A stretch of 64,000 bases of DNA. It comes from Lama guanicoe. Its lineage: Eukaryota. The DNA is taken from positions 1,290,927-1,354,926 of the forward strand of contig MU053513.1 of assembly GCA_013239625.1 (NCBI GenBank), read 5' to 3'. Positions 1-12,049 of this stretch are shown one piece after another. Numbering within the stretch: position 1 is the stretch's first letter; every line of letters begins with the position of its first letter. A program made the position numbers and the translations under genes. The notes beneath the pieces are model-generated. The model did no database searches. It had not been told where the DNA came from and worked only from the letters and a program-made list of their open reading frames with translations.

Positions 1-159
1 AGAGAATATAGGAACATTTCTAATCTTTTTTTTCAACGAGGAAAATTAAAACCTGCACAAATTTTTGACAAGATTTTTTGCATAGACTGTGTAATTATTC
101 ATAGGTGTGATATGACAAGAAGCATTATTATCTCCTTTCTCTTTATTCATCTCTACTAG

Positions 160-204
160 CTTGCAGTGCCTGATAAAATCTACATTAGAAATCCATCCTT
201 TCAG
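160..204 (+). other. Candidate 45-nt internal exon (LAVPDKIYIRNPSFQ in phase 0), gene unknown
   Basis: Long polypyrimidine tract ending ...ctctactag before 160, CAG|gtaaat donor after 204, length divisible by 3 and an open frame. Peptide not recognised. Confidence 0.25.
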
Positions 205-279
205 GTAAATAATATATACATAAGATAACCCTAATTTTCTCTATCAAGAAAATTATCACTTAAATGTGAGCAATGCTCA

Positions 280-795
280 CAGTGTGTCTCTTTGGGGTTG
301 TCCCCCAACCCCTCTCTATCCGAGCACCAACTTCCCTCACATCATCTCAGCCCCTTTCGCATGATGAAAAGAATGGTTTCCAGAGGTCATGGTTGTACCT
401 ATGACTTTTATCCCTTAGCCAAAATAAGTACCTTAACCAAGCTTGACCAGTAAGAGTTCCGCCTCTAAATTTTAGAATTTGGAACAAAAGAAAAATTTAG
501 TCTTTATTCTGATGGCTGAACTTGTCGCAAGTAAACACAGAAACTGTATTAGCCATGTTTTTCCATGTAGACCAAAGGAGTAGAAGACTGTCTGTAGGAG
601 AGAAAAAAGATGCAGGCTCATTCAAAGAGTAATTAATGAGAGACACACAAAAAAAACCTGATAGTATTACAGCCCCTGGTTCTACATGTAACTACTGCTC
701 AGTCCTTGGGCACCAGGAGCTATCCATGCATCCTCTTTCTGTTTTAAACTAGCTCAAATGAAATTCCATCTCCTGTACCAGAAGAGCCATAAGAG
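280..795 (+). mobile_element. Degraded MaLR LTR (MLT1K/L-like)
   Basis: 3' end 'gttttaaactagctcaaatgaaattccatctcctgtaccagaagagcc' and internal 'ccttaaccaagcttgaccagtaagagttcc' resemble old MLT1 consensus. Boundaries approximate. Confidence 0.5.
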
Positions 796-1171
796 AAATT
801 TATTAGAAACTCTCCAACTAAAGTCTAATGCCATCCTTCCTCTTCAACAAAGTAATGTGAGCAACTGTAATTAAATAATACAAGACATTTCCAACATCCC
901 TCTCCCCAGTGCGGTGCTGGGGTCAACTTTGAACACAAGATGGTCTGAGGACTCCACAGGGGTGGATTTAAATAATTCTTGTGGCTGAGAGGATAGAGTA
1001 GGCACAGCTACAGAACACTAGGCACCTGGAGAGAAGCTAAGGAAAGTAAAGGAGAAATAGGTTTGCTGGAAAGGAAGGGGTCTAGGGTTGACCTTTGTCT
1101 ACTTTGCAATTCCATCACGGAACCAAGGATATTATTATTGAGATATACCCGAGAAAAACAATAAAATACCA

Positions 1172-1297
1172 AAGGAAGAGCAAGAGAAGTAGAAAGAGGA
1201 TGAGAAGGAGAAGAGGAGGAGGAATGAGGGGGAGGACAAGGAAGGTGAGGAAAAGGAGGACAAGGAGGCAGGGAATGATCAAGAGACAGATGAGATG
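1172..1297. repeat. Purine-rich (GA/GAG) low-complexity tract
   Basis: aggaagagcaagagaagtagaaagaggatgagaaggagaagaggaggagg...; explains ORFs 1095..1298 and 1115..1306. Confidence 0.85.
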
Positions 1298-2978
1298 AAC
1301 TCTCAAGTTCTCTTCAAACTTTAAGAAGATACATGAGCTGTGAATGGAGAGAGGCCAGTTCTTGACTTATTATAGCTCAAATGTAATGTGCTGCTGCAGA
1401 TATTTAAAAACAAGCAAACAACATGCCTGGTAAATTATTGGGTTTTCAAATTCTAGCGATTCACTGGAAAAAGAAAATATGATCTCCCTTGAATTTCTCA
1501 TGATTGAATTTTTTTCTTTAGTCAAAGAAATAAATGATCAATCATCAGATATCATCACAATAAAAAGTTTGTAAGGAATGGGCTAACTTAGGAATACTTT
1601 GGGTTTGGTGATTATTTCAAGATACTTTTCAAATGTCTGTGGCTTTACCAGACCCCAAACACGTTTTGTCTCTTACCAAACCCCAAGTAAGTTTTGCCAA
1701 GTATTTTTTTACATTTAATTTTTTAAGCCACGTGTATTTTATATGAAATTTAGTTCATATGTTTCTAATTTATTTATACACAAATAATCAAAATTCTGTT
1801 TTGTAAGAACTATTTGATGTCCACAGAGGCATTCTACAAACTGAAATATTTTAATAATTTTAAAGCCTTTTTTTCCCTAGAAATAGATAATTTTTTTCTT
1901 TGAATTTACTTAAAGTTTCTCCTTATTCCCCAGACTTGGGCCCCAAAAGAAATTAAAACATAAAAGCTAGCAATATTTTTGTTCTAATTAAAATTAAGTT
2001 CCATATTTTTCCTAGTAATCTGAAGGTAGAAAATTGGGGAGAGTTTCTTGCTAATCTCTTCCTGGTTTTTTTCACTATTCTTTTATTTTCTTTTTTCTAT
2101 GTATTATTAGTGAAGAAAATTAAGTATGTTTAATGGAAGAATTTAGTGCAAAAAATTTGATCTCCAAGAAAAAGTGGCAAATTTGGTAAATCCATGTAAC
2201 AAAAGCAAAGACAAACAATAATTTAGTAAAGAAATAGCAGTGCAGCTCCATATTCTCCCTGATAATGCTAAAACCAAAAAGACACTAGGCAAAATTGATG
2301 AAAAGTTATTGTTGATGGCAAGTTCTTTAAAATAAGATGTAATCAAGGGAGCTACTTAAAATATGTTTATGCATCCTTTGCCCTTCCATTCTCTCCTTCA
2401 CTTGCCCTGTCACTCACACACTCACACACACATATTTTTAAATTGAGACATTAAAATATACCATTTGACAGCATGGTATGATCCTTTTCACCCTTTCTTC
2501 CGAATGACCTGGAAGAACTTAATGTACCAGATACTACCAGGTTCATCTCATTTAATCCTCACAACAATCCTGTTTGCCTAAACTAACTTTGCTCCTTCGG
2601 AGAGGCTCTTCGCCACTCCGTAATATAAATACCAACAATAATAACATTTGGCTATTTTACTTGAAGATTTAATTCAATAAAATTACTTCCATTCCCACGT
2701 TAATAGTTTAGCCCTTTAATATTTTGTTCCTCTGATGAGAATTCCTCCGCTTCCTGCACAACTAGAGTTCAACTCCTTAACTTTCCATCCCTTTGACAAA
2801 ATATTTCATTCTTTGTTTAAAATACTGTTAGGCATTCTTCCAGGTTCTAAGGATACATATGTGACCAAAACTTACAAAAAATCTCTGTCCTTAGGGAGCT
2901 TATGTTCCAAAATATGCTAGTATCATAAACTTAACTAGACAGAAAGGGTAGGTAGTGGTTTGATAACTTAAAATTAAG

Positions 2979-3116
2979 TGTATAACACATAGAACTATAT
3001 TCAGTAGTTTGTAATAACCTATAATGAAAAAGAAGATGTATATATACATATAACTGATTCACTGTGTGTACACCAGAAACTAACACTGTAAACCAACTAT
3101 GCTTCAGTCTAGAAAA
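2979..3116 (+). mobile_element. L1 extreme 3' end fragment
   Basis: gaactatattcagtagtttgtaataacctataatgaaaaagaa...tgtacaccagaaactaacactgtaaaccaactatgcttca matches the other L1 3' ends in this window. Confidence 0.8.
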
Positions 3117-3335
3117 TATTTTAAACACTAAATGTTATAATTAAGGATATACTTCGGTGAATTAACCATGGCCTAACCATCACTTTTGTCATCAAAAGTG
3201 TTTCATCCTTAAGCTCTTTACAGTTTCACCTGGTATTTAGGCACCTTCTCTAATGTTTTCATCAAAAAAATCACAAACAGATATTAGAACTAAAAACCAC
3301 AGCCCTGACAGCTGTATGAATATGCAATTACTCAC

Positions 3336-3394
3336 ATTTCTGTCTGAGTAGCATGCCATTCAATTAGAGCAAGAAACTCTCTAACGGATTCTAC
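3336..3394 (-). other. Candidate 59-nt exon (minus strand)
   Basis: Acceptor tttctgtaagccttgcag|G and donor AAT|gtgagt; phase-0 frame open (VESVREFLALIEWHATQTE). Not recognised. Confidence 0.2.
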
Positions 3395-3779
3395 CTGCAA
3401 GGCTTACAGAAATTACACTGTCCTCATAAGACCACAAAATTCCCAAATTAGGGTCACATTCACTACACAAAGTTTGGGGTGTCAGATTTCCTCCAACTTC
3501 ATCTCCACAGATACAAATTTGGAATTACTTTGCAGTGGGAAAACACAGTTTGCCTGCAACATTCAGCTAACAAAGAGGAAATTAAGCAATTTGTAAAACA
3601 TGGTACTTCAAGTGTAGAAGAAGCATAAAAATGCATTTCTCCCACTAACTGCAAATTGTTCCTGAGAATAGATTTTGTTTAACAGTAATAGACTTTTGCT
3701 TGAAATGTCTGGCCCAAGATTCCTCTTATCACAAGTGTCACAGACAATTATTCAGCAAATGGACTATTTTGTAGTCATA

Positions 3780-4081
3780 CGGTGCGGCAGCAGGAGCGAG
3801 GGCTGCGGGGTCAGTTCTGCATGAGAACCATCACGACTACTTTCTGGCTCTGTGACATTGGCTGGGTCACTTTAACCTTGTCAAGATTTATAGGGTTGTT
3901 GTGAGAATTAAATGTGCCAGATACTGCCAGTTTCATCTCATTTAATCCTGACAACAATCCTGTAATAATTCAATAAGTAACGCCCTGTAATAATTTAGCA
4001 GGTATTTGAGAGCTGAAGAAACAATTTAAATAAAATGTCTACCTTAGAACTCGGTCCATAATAAACACTCATATGTTAGTT
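3780..4081 (+). mobile_element. MIR SINE, interrupted by a templated insert
   Basis: ctctgtgacattggctgggtcactttaacc...tagggttgttgtgagaattaaatg MIR core; tail ...ataaacactcatatgttagt. Confidence 0.7.
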
Positions 4082-4190
4082 TCCTTCCCCTACTTTATGT
4101 GTAAAGAAAAAAATGTGTATACATACAGCTGTTTAGTTACTTAACATTTGTTTGGTCTTACCAAACTGTTCATCCTGTTTACAATCAGTT

Positions 4191-4512
4191 CTTTCTTTTT
4201 TTTTTTTTTTAATTCAAGTAGAGTCAGTTCCAATGTGTCAATCTCTGGTGCACAGCGCAATGTCCTAGTCATGCATATACATACATATATTCATTTTCAT
4301 ATTCTTTTTCATTAAAGGTTATTACAAGATATTGAATATAGTTCCCTGAGCTATACAAAAGAACTTTGTTTTTATCTAGTTTTATATATAAGCTTAACTT
4401 CTGCCAATCTCAAACTCTCAAATTTATCCCTTCCCACTACCTTCTCCCCAGTAATCATAAAATTGTTTACTACGTCTGCAAGTCTATTTCTGTTTTGTAG
4501 ATGAGTTCATTG
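4191..4512 (-). mobile_element. Young L1 3' UTR fragment
   Basis: Poly-T head followed by the reverse complement of the L1 3' end (attacaagatattgaatatagttccctgagctataca). Confidence 0.9.
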
Positions 4513-5380
4513 CATCACTAAGAGATGGCTGTGAAGTGTAGGTCCCTAACTTTCTACTACTTCAGACTAGCTTTTTCTATCCTTTTACAAGTCAAAATCA
4601 GCAAGGCTTATCGTAAAGACTAAAGACCAACGAGCTTTGTTATCTCACATTCCAGTGGATTCCTTTCCTTTTTTGTTGTTGTGTCTTCAGGGAGAAAGAA
4701 GGGTCAGTATTTAAGAGTACCATCTCTCGTAAAGAAGGATGGGTGGGCTTGTCATTCCCTCTTCTTTTCCCCTTCCAATATTTTCTATTGTTCCTTTGGT
4801 TTAAAGCTTGAAGGAGAATGGGTGACTGTCTACATTCTTTTTCTTTTATGCAAAAGGGAAATGCACACAATAATTTGGTTGGTTAGGAACTGAAGAAAAC
4901 TCCCTGAAGAGGAGATAAAAGGAACCTACCCCTGGCTAGCAGACTGGAACTTTCCTGAAAGGAGCGAGGAGAACACTGATGAACACGCCTGGTGATATTT
5001 AATTGTGGTTACTCTTACTGTCTTCTTTTCTGTGCAGCACTGAATTCTGAGTCACTGGCTCACAACATAAACAAATGTGCCCACAGGAGAACCCCGAAGG
5101 ATCAGAGTGTTAGGACAACTCTCTTCACCTAGCTCTCTGGTCCTCTCTGAAGTTTTAAGTCTTTAGTGCTGTGGGGCTGTTTCCATTCTGACTCCATGAC
5201 CCATGGGATCCACTGCACGGTTTTTCTTTTTCTCTTTCTGTAGGCTTTTCTTCCTATGGTTACAATACTCATACATCGGGTTAGATGGTTTCTCTGGCTA
5301 AACAATCATATTTGTACTCTAAGTTTAATCTCCTTCTGTTTGGCAACCTATTTGTACACTTACAAAACTCTCCTTTTCTG

Positions 5381-6143
5381 AGGATATGGAGAAAAGGGGA
5401 CCCTCCTACACTGTTGTGGGAATGTAAATTGGTGCAGCCACTATGAAGGACAGTATGGAGGTCCCTTAAAAAACTGAAAATAGATTTACTATGTGATTCA
5501 GCAGTCCCAATCCTGGGCATATACCTGGAGAAAAGTGTACTTCAAAAAGACACATGCACCCCAATGTTCACAGCAGCCCAATTTACAATAGTCAAGCTAT
5601 GGAAACAACTTAAATGTCCATCGACAGATGAATGGATAAAGAAGATGTGGGGTGTGTGTACATATATAATATACAGGAATATTATTCAGCCATAAAAAAG
5701 AATGAAATGGCACCATTTGCAGCAACATAGATGGACTAGAGATTATCATACTAAGTGAAGTAAGTCAGACAGAGAAAGACAAATATCATATGATGTCACT
5801 TATATGTGGAATCTAAAAAAAAGATACAAATTTTATTTACAAGCCAGAAATAGACTCATGGCATACAAGACAAATTGTGGTTACTGGTTGGGGAGGAAGA
5901 AGGAGGGATAGATTAGGAGCTTGGATTAACAGATACACATTACCATATATAAAATTGATAAACAACAAGGATCTACTGTATAGCACAGGGAACTATATTC
6001 AATTTATTGTAATGAGCTGAAATGAAAGACAATCTAAAAAATATGTATAGGTATGTATATGTAGAACTGAATCACTTTACTGTATACCTGAAACTAACAT
6101 TGTAAACCAACTACACTTCAACAAAAAATTAGAAATCTTTTTA
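5381..6143 (+). mobile_element. 5'-truncated L1 (ORF2 end plus 3' UTR) with 17-bp TSD
   Basis: ggagaaaaggggaccctcctacactgttgtgggaatgtaaattggtgcagccactatg...; TSD aaaactctccttttctg (5364-5380) / aaaattctccttttctg (6144-6160). Confidence 0.95.
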
Positions 6144-7304
6144 AAAATTCTCCTTTTCTGTAAAGAGTTGTCTTAATATTTATAAAATATTTTTATTTCT
6201 TAAGACCCACAGTAACTTCTAATTCATTAATATAATGTGACTCTTCTATCTTTCTCTTAAAAATACTTGATTTCAGACCTGTTAATAACATTTTTAAAGT
6301 GCATTCACAATGACAATGACCATGTGTCAGACATATTTTCAAGTTTTAACCTTTATTAAGCTGTCTAAATAGTCGCTGGCTATATATTTACTGAAACTCA
6401 AGAAACATCAAACTTCTAAATGTGCATGGCATTGTTCTAAGTACTAAAATATGATACTATGTTTAAGATTTAAACCGAAGTAACTGCAGCCATATCCAGC
6501 CATGTATTATTAACACCAATAATAATAGAATCTCTTAGGAATATAATTGACTATAATATAATAATTACTTCTCCCCTACGTTAATAGTTTTTAAACCCTT
6601 TAATAAAATCCTTTCTATTTCTGCAAGATTTTAGTTTAACTCTTTAATAGTCTGTCTTTGTGTCCAGGATACAAATTAATTTGCTAAAGAAAAAAGCAAA
6701 ATGTGAACACAATCTTATTTTTAAGTGGTGACCCTGTCTCCCACTCCTCTAGAATATATTATGACTACTCAATAAGTGCCTGTTTTCACCAGGCAGCCGT
6801 ATGCTTTTCTTCAAGCAGCTGAGTAACCAGCTTGTTTTTATGTTTAACACTAAATGGTCCAACAGTTTATTACCCATATGAAGCTTAGCCATAAAATTTA
6901 CCTCATCTTCATAGCAGGGTCCAGCTCCCCGGCAAAAGCCACAACCATATTAGAATTTTACAATTTACAGAAAACTTACAATAGTTCTCCAAATAAACAG
7001 CCCTAGCTTGTTTTCCTAGAGGAGTATTTTAACTTTCTCTCTAACTTGAGGAAAAAGCAGCTAATTGCTCAGTTCCCCGCATCCCTTCATACAGACAAGG
7101 TCCGATTCCTCCAGCTGCACGGTAGGTACAGTGCTATTTATTGCTCACCTATCTGGGCACAGAGTGAAAAATCTATGAGTTGGTGTTTGAAAGTAATGAG
7201 GGCCTTAAAGAAAAGATAAGGTAACTCCCGGATGGCATCACATCACCAGAAATGAAATGGAAAGGGGTGCTGAGAAGCTGTCACTAGATTTTATTCCCTC
7301 TCAC

Positions 7305-7372
7305 CGGAGCCAGAGACTGTCAAGCTGGCCGTCCTCTCCTACGCTTCTTGGTTCCGGACATTCTATACGACC
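7305..7372 (-). other. Candidate 68-nt exon (alternative stronger donor at 7148)
   Basis: Branch-like cactaat, acceptor tgtgtag|, donor CCG|gtgaga; second donor TAG|gtgagc at 7148. Weak polypyrimidine tract. Confidence 0.2.
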
Positions 7373-7596
7373 CTACACATTTTCACAAATTAGTGAGCTG
7401 GGTTGTCTGGTGGAATTCATTTTATAATTCTGGGGGAGACTTAGATTTTCATTTACGAAGTCTTTGTTCTTAATGATTGGGGAAAAGAGAGCCATAAATA
7501 TTTTTTTTGCATACATGTTTTGTTTCCTGTTGTTTATATACGGAAGACTATAACCCATAGCCCTATTCTATTTATTATAGAAAGATTAAAGCATAC

Positions 7597-7891
7597 CAAC
7601 TGAGCATTCCAACGGTAAAGCATACCGTTCACCAACTGAATGATGACAACAGGTACCAACACCAGAATGTAGCAGGATTCTGGAAACTGAAGGCTGTTTT
7701 CCCATTGTGATGCTGATGGCCAAACAACTGGAAGGATATTATGTGACATATGGGTCACCAGAGTAACTATACTCAGCTTCAATGCAGATGTTGAGAGAAC
7801 ACTGACAAGGTGGCAGATCCTCAATGCCCCAGAGACATCACCTAACCGCAGACATAAAACTTGTGGAAATTGTCATGATCTCACTTGTCTC
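7597..7891 (-). other. Candidate 295-nt exon, probably non-coding
   Basis: Acceptor ctcttttaacttctggtgtacag|G and donor TTG|gtatgc, with a second donor 29 nt upstream. Unique sequence. Confidence 0.2.
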
Positions 7892-8899
7892 CTGTACACC
7901 AGAAGTTAAAAGAGGGGGACCTTTGGAATCAAGACAAGGCAATGAGACAAATATTTATTAGCTCTTTCTACAGATTCCATCAGTCCAAAGATGTGGATTG
8001 ATTGCTCAAAGGGACCAATGTAAACAAAACTTCATTTCCTAGGCCCCACTCCGGACTGCTGTCTTTCTGAATCATTCTCTCCTTAGAGTTGATCTTTAAC
8101 TTTCTCAACCCTCCTCGGATTCTTTTTTTTCCCATAATGGGAGAGTTAAGGTAAAGTCTAGGAAGTTTTCCAAGAGCTCTTGAATCTGCTTTTCCCAGAA
8201 TGACTTTATTGAAAGAGTTAAGAACCTCAGATACACCTGTACACAAATCCATGTCAAAGTCAAATAAAACAATTTTTAATTGTCTTCATCACTTCTGAAT
8301 TAACAGGCATAATCATGCTCAGTAAAATAATGACTACAGAAGTCGGTCAGATTTGGACCCTGCTAGTGGTTAGCAAGCTAACAGGCCTCTAGAAACTTGT
8401 TTCTTGTTTTGTAAAATGAGTAGAATAATGGCCTCCTGTCAAGAAAACTGAAAAGTAATATAACTTAAGTGCCTAATATATAACAAGTACACAATGAATA
8501 TGAACCCTTCTTCTTCTTAACTTGCTATGGAATTATCCACAGGACCCTGATTCCTGGGCCATCCTCCTGAGAACTTGCTTGGCCAAGTTACCCACATTCT
8601 GTTTCCTGTCTTCATCTAATAAAACGTCAGAGTGGTCCAGAGACAATGCCTCTCGGCCACGTTGTATGCTTTTTCTCGGCAGGCCGTTGCTTTACTGATT
8701 GCCCAGTGCTCATCGCACTCCGTTATTAAATCACCCCTTCAGGTCACTGGACGCGGTCTTTCTCCCTGCACAGTTTCGGCCCCACTGCGCTACCTGTAAG
8801 GCACACTTTATAAACCCACTGTTCTCCTTCCTCTTCTTCTTTTTTCCCTTTCCTTTTCCTTCTTGAACCATTCAATCCAAACTCGTTTAAGGGGGGCAG

Positions 8900-10745
8900 A
8901 GCAAGGTAAGCATCAGCACAGGGGCTGTGGGCACACGGTGGCATCCCGATGGAAAACCGGAGCCCAAGCAGGACGAGGACGTTCACCTAGGGAAGCAGTG
9001 ACGTGGCAGCCCAGGTGGGGGTGACGGAGCCCCGGGATGGGTGAAGAGAGTGTCCTTACCAGGAGATAGCCCAGAGTGGGCTGTCAGAGCCTGAGCAGGG
9101 TGAGCCAGGTATCCATGCAGAGGGTCGGCCAGGTGCAAGGGGCCAGAGCCAAAAGGAGTAAGGAGGGTCTCCACGTATGTGACAGCATGTGGTGTCAAAG
9201 CCCAAGAGAGTGAGACGTCTTGTTTCAAAGCCTAAGCAAGGTTAATAGAGCATCAGTGCAAGGGGTTTGGCAGTGAGAGATTGGTTATAGATGGGGGATT
9301 GAGCAAATAAACATGCTGAGGGTATTGGGAGCCAGATTCCTCACAGTTAGTGAAGGGACTTACAAATATAGAAAGAGAAAAAGCTAGAATGAATCCCATG
9401 GTATTAGATTAGAGTTGGAGAGATCTCTGTGAACTTATAGTTTCAACATTCAGATAGAAAGAGAAAAAAATACAGATGTAAAAAACGTATATTTATTTAT
9501 TGCTGGAAAGTATATAATTATAATATTACATATTCTTATTTGTTGTTATATATAATTATATATGATCATTATAATAACTACGTGTTCCCCAGCTTTGTCC
9601 ACTCAAGGGGTCTGGGAGCAGCAATACTACAATAGCAGCAGCGAGCTTACCTACCCTAAGATCTTGGTTTCTAACTACCATTCTCCAATAAAAGGAATCA
9701 GAGGTCCTTGGAGAAATGGATGATTCCAAGACTGAGGCAGGAAAAATACAAAATGAACCTGGAACCTCTTCTTGTGCCAGAAAGTACAGATGTGTTCGAA
9801 GGATAATGGGGTATGTCAAAAGGACGTAATAGCCAGCTTAAAGAGGATTCCCCTGATCAAATAAGGGGAAAATTTAAGTTCAAAATAAATAATGATAGAA
9901 ATAGATTATAAATTTTGAATAAAATAGGAATTCACGAGTCCATACTGAAAGAGAGAGAGAAAGAGATGATGGATAGATAGACAGACAGACAGATAGACAT
10001 GCAGACATATCAAGGGAAAGGAAGGGGGAAGGAAAGGAAAGAAGAGAGAAAGGGTGAGAGAAAGGAATAAGGGAAGGAAGAAAGGAAGCTTGTTAAGGAA
10101 TGGGATGTTTAGCTATTCTCAAAGGAACTCTTTACAAAACATTCATTAATTACAAAGAGTAATTAATAAACCGGCAGACATCACCTTAATCAACTATAAA
10201 AGATCATTAAATGATTGATGATGACATCATCAATAATGCAGCAAACAGAAATCTTAATGAGGTTCAGTGAGATGAACCCAGCACCAACTATTCTTGCCAA
10301 AGACGCATAAACTGAATCTAATCAATAGAAAACAAGAAAAATACACATTGAAGACTTTGCACAAAATAACTGCTCTATAATTTTCAAGGTCATGAAGGTC
10401 CAAAAGAAGAGTAAGGAAATTCTGAAGGAGACTGAAGAGGCACATATGACAACTGAATGCAATGTGCGATTTTGACCTGGATCATTCTGCTATGAAGGGC
10501 GTTTTCAAAATAGTTTACAAAAAAATGAATGATGGTTGGGGATTAGATGGCAGTAATGTATCAGTATTCATGTCTTAATCTTGATGGTTTTATTGTGGTT
10601 CCTTAGGAGAATGTTGGCAGTAGTAGGAAATATACTAAAATGTCCAGGGGTGGTAGGCAACTTGTTCTCAAATAGTTTAGGGGAAAAAATTCTTTGTACT
10701 CTTTTTGCAATTTTTTTATTTGATATTGCTTCAAAGTAAAACACC
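8900..10745 (+). mobile_element. Old L1 (L1MC/L1MD-type) 3' UTR with internal GC-rich tandem subrepeats and inserted microsatellites
   Basis: Repeating 'gtcagagcc..agcagggtgag' units at 8950-9250, 'gctagaatgaatcccatggtattagattagagttggag', and 3' end 'ggcaacttgttctcaaatagtttaggggaaaaaattctttgtact'. Confidence 0.8.
9948..10090. repeat. Compound (GA)n/(GATA)n/(GACA)n and GGAA-rich tract
   Basis: Seen directly in sequence. Confidence 0.9.
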
Positions 10746-11578
10746 TTTTCATAAATAAACACACTGATATAAATGCACTGAAGTACCAGAACTTCAGCAC
10801 ATCATGAAAAGAGAGCAGCAGAGCTCTCAGAGCAAGTCAGTGCTTCCTGCAAGCTACCTGACAAGTTTCATGCGAAGGTCTGTAAAGCAAAATCTGCTTT
10901 ATTGTTCATTGCACAGCCATTGCATTTCTGCCTGTCTGGCTGCTGCTACCAACGTTGGTCCTGCCACTGCTTTACAAGTGGAGACTCAGAGTAGGCACTG
11001 GAGCAGAAATGCGACTCTGTCTCTAGTAAGAGCACAGTGAGTTCCCAAGACAGCTTGGAATGCTGGAATCCACCAGGGCAGCTCATGTCTTTGTTTACCT
11101 ACTGGCATGGGAAACCCTTCTTGCCATCGTGGTTTCATATCCAAGCCAATATTTAAAAACCAAAACTGGCACTCAGTGGGTCTGTTTCAGTACCAGACAG
11201 CCTGTGACACATTTTAGGAATGTGCATTGAAGAGATGGCAGGTACCCTAAACTAAGGTGGCTGACAAGTTGATGGCAAGAAGCAGTAAATACACAGCCTA
11301 AGGAGGCATATAATAGACAACACTGGTGACATTACTTACAGTGTGCAATATCCCACAGTGTTAAAAAAAAAACACAAACAAAAAATTATTGGGCTAGTGT
11401 CTCTGATCATCTGAGAGTTTTCATATATAAAAGTGTTCTAAATTAATCTAATTCATGACCTGATACAAAACACATTTTTCAAACATAAGCTAGGTTTGGA
11501 CTCTTCCAAATATGAATCTATAGGTAGCAACCACACAGATGTATTCATATCTTTACGTCAACTCAGAAGGTTCTGCTT

Positions 11579-11901
11579 TTTAAAAAGCAGAAACAGATGT
11601 ACAGATACAGAAAACAAACTTCCGGTTACCAGAGGAGGAAGGGGAGGGTGGAGGGATAAACTGGTAGTTTAGGATTTGCAAATACTAAATACTATATATA
11701 AAATAGATAAATAACAAGATCCTACCGTGTAGCAGAGGGAACTATATTCAATATTTTGTAATAGCCTATAATAAAAAAGAATATGGAAAGGAATATATAT
11801 ATATACACATATATTTATATGTATAACTGAATCTCTAGGTGTACACCAGAAATTAATACAACGTTGTAAATCAACTATACTTCAGTTAAAAAAAAAACCA
11901 C
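11579..11901 (+). mobile_element. Young L1 3' end with 17-bp TSD
   Basis: gaaaacaaacttccggttaccagagg...caactatacttcagttaaaaaa; TSD ctcagaaggttctgctt at 11562-11578 and 11902-11918. Confidence 0.95.
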
Positions 11902-12049
11902 CTCAGAAGGTTCTGCTTCCATCAAAGATTCCCAACTCCAGCGGGAAGTTCGTAACACATCCCAGGTAAAGGCAACCTCAGTCATTTTCAAAATTATGTT
12001 TTTGCTATTCTGGCTTACATCTTAATCAAGTTCTCCACACTACGGGATA

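Noticed and set aside
1095..1306. Arg/Gly-rich and Leu-rich ORFs
   Set aside because: Translations of a purine-rich low-complexity tract.
8950..9250. GC-rich degenerate tandem array of about 50-bp units, superficially CRISPR- or minisatellite-like
   Set aside because: Matches the internal subrepeats of old L1MC/MD 3' UTRs and runs into clear L1 sequence; eukaryotic context.
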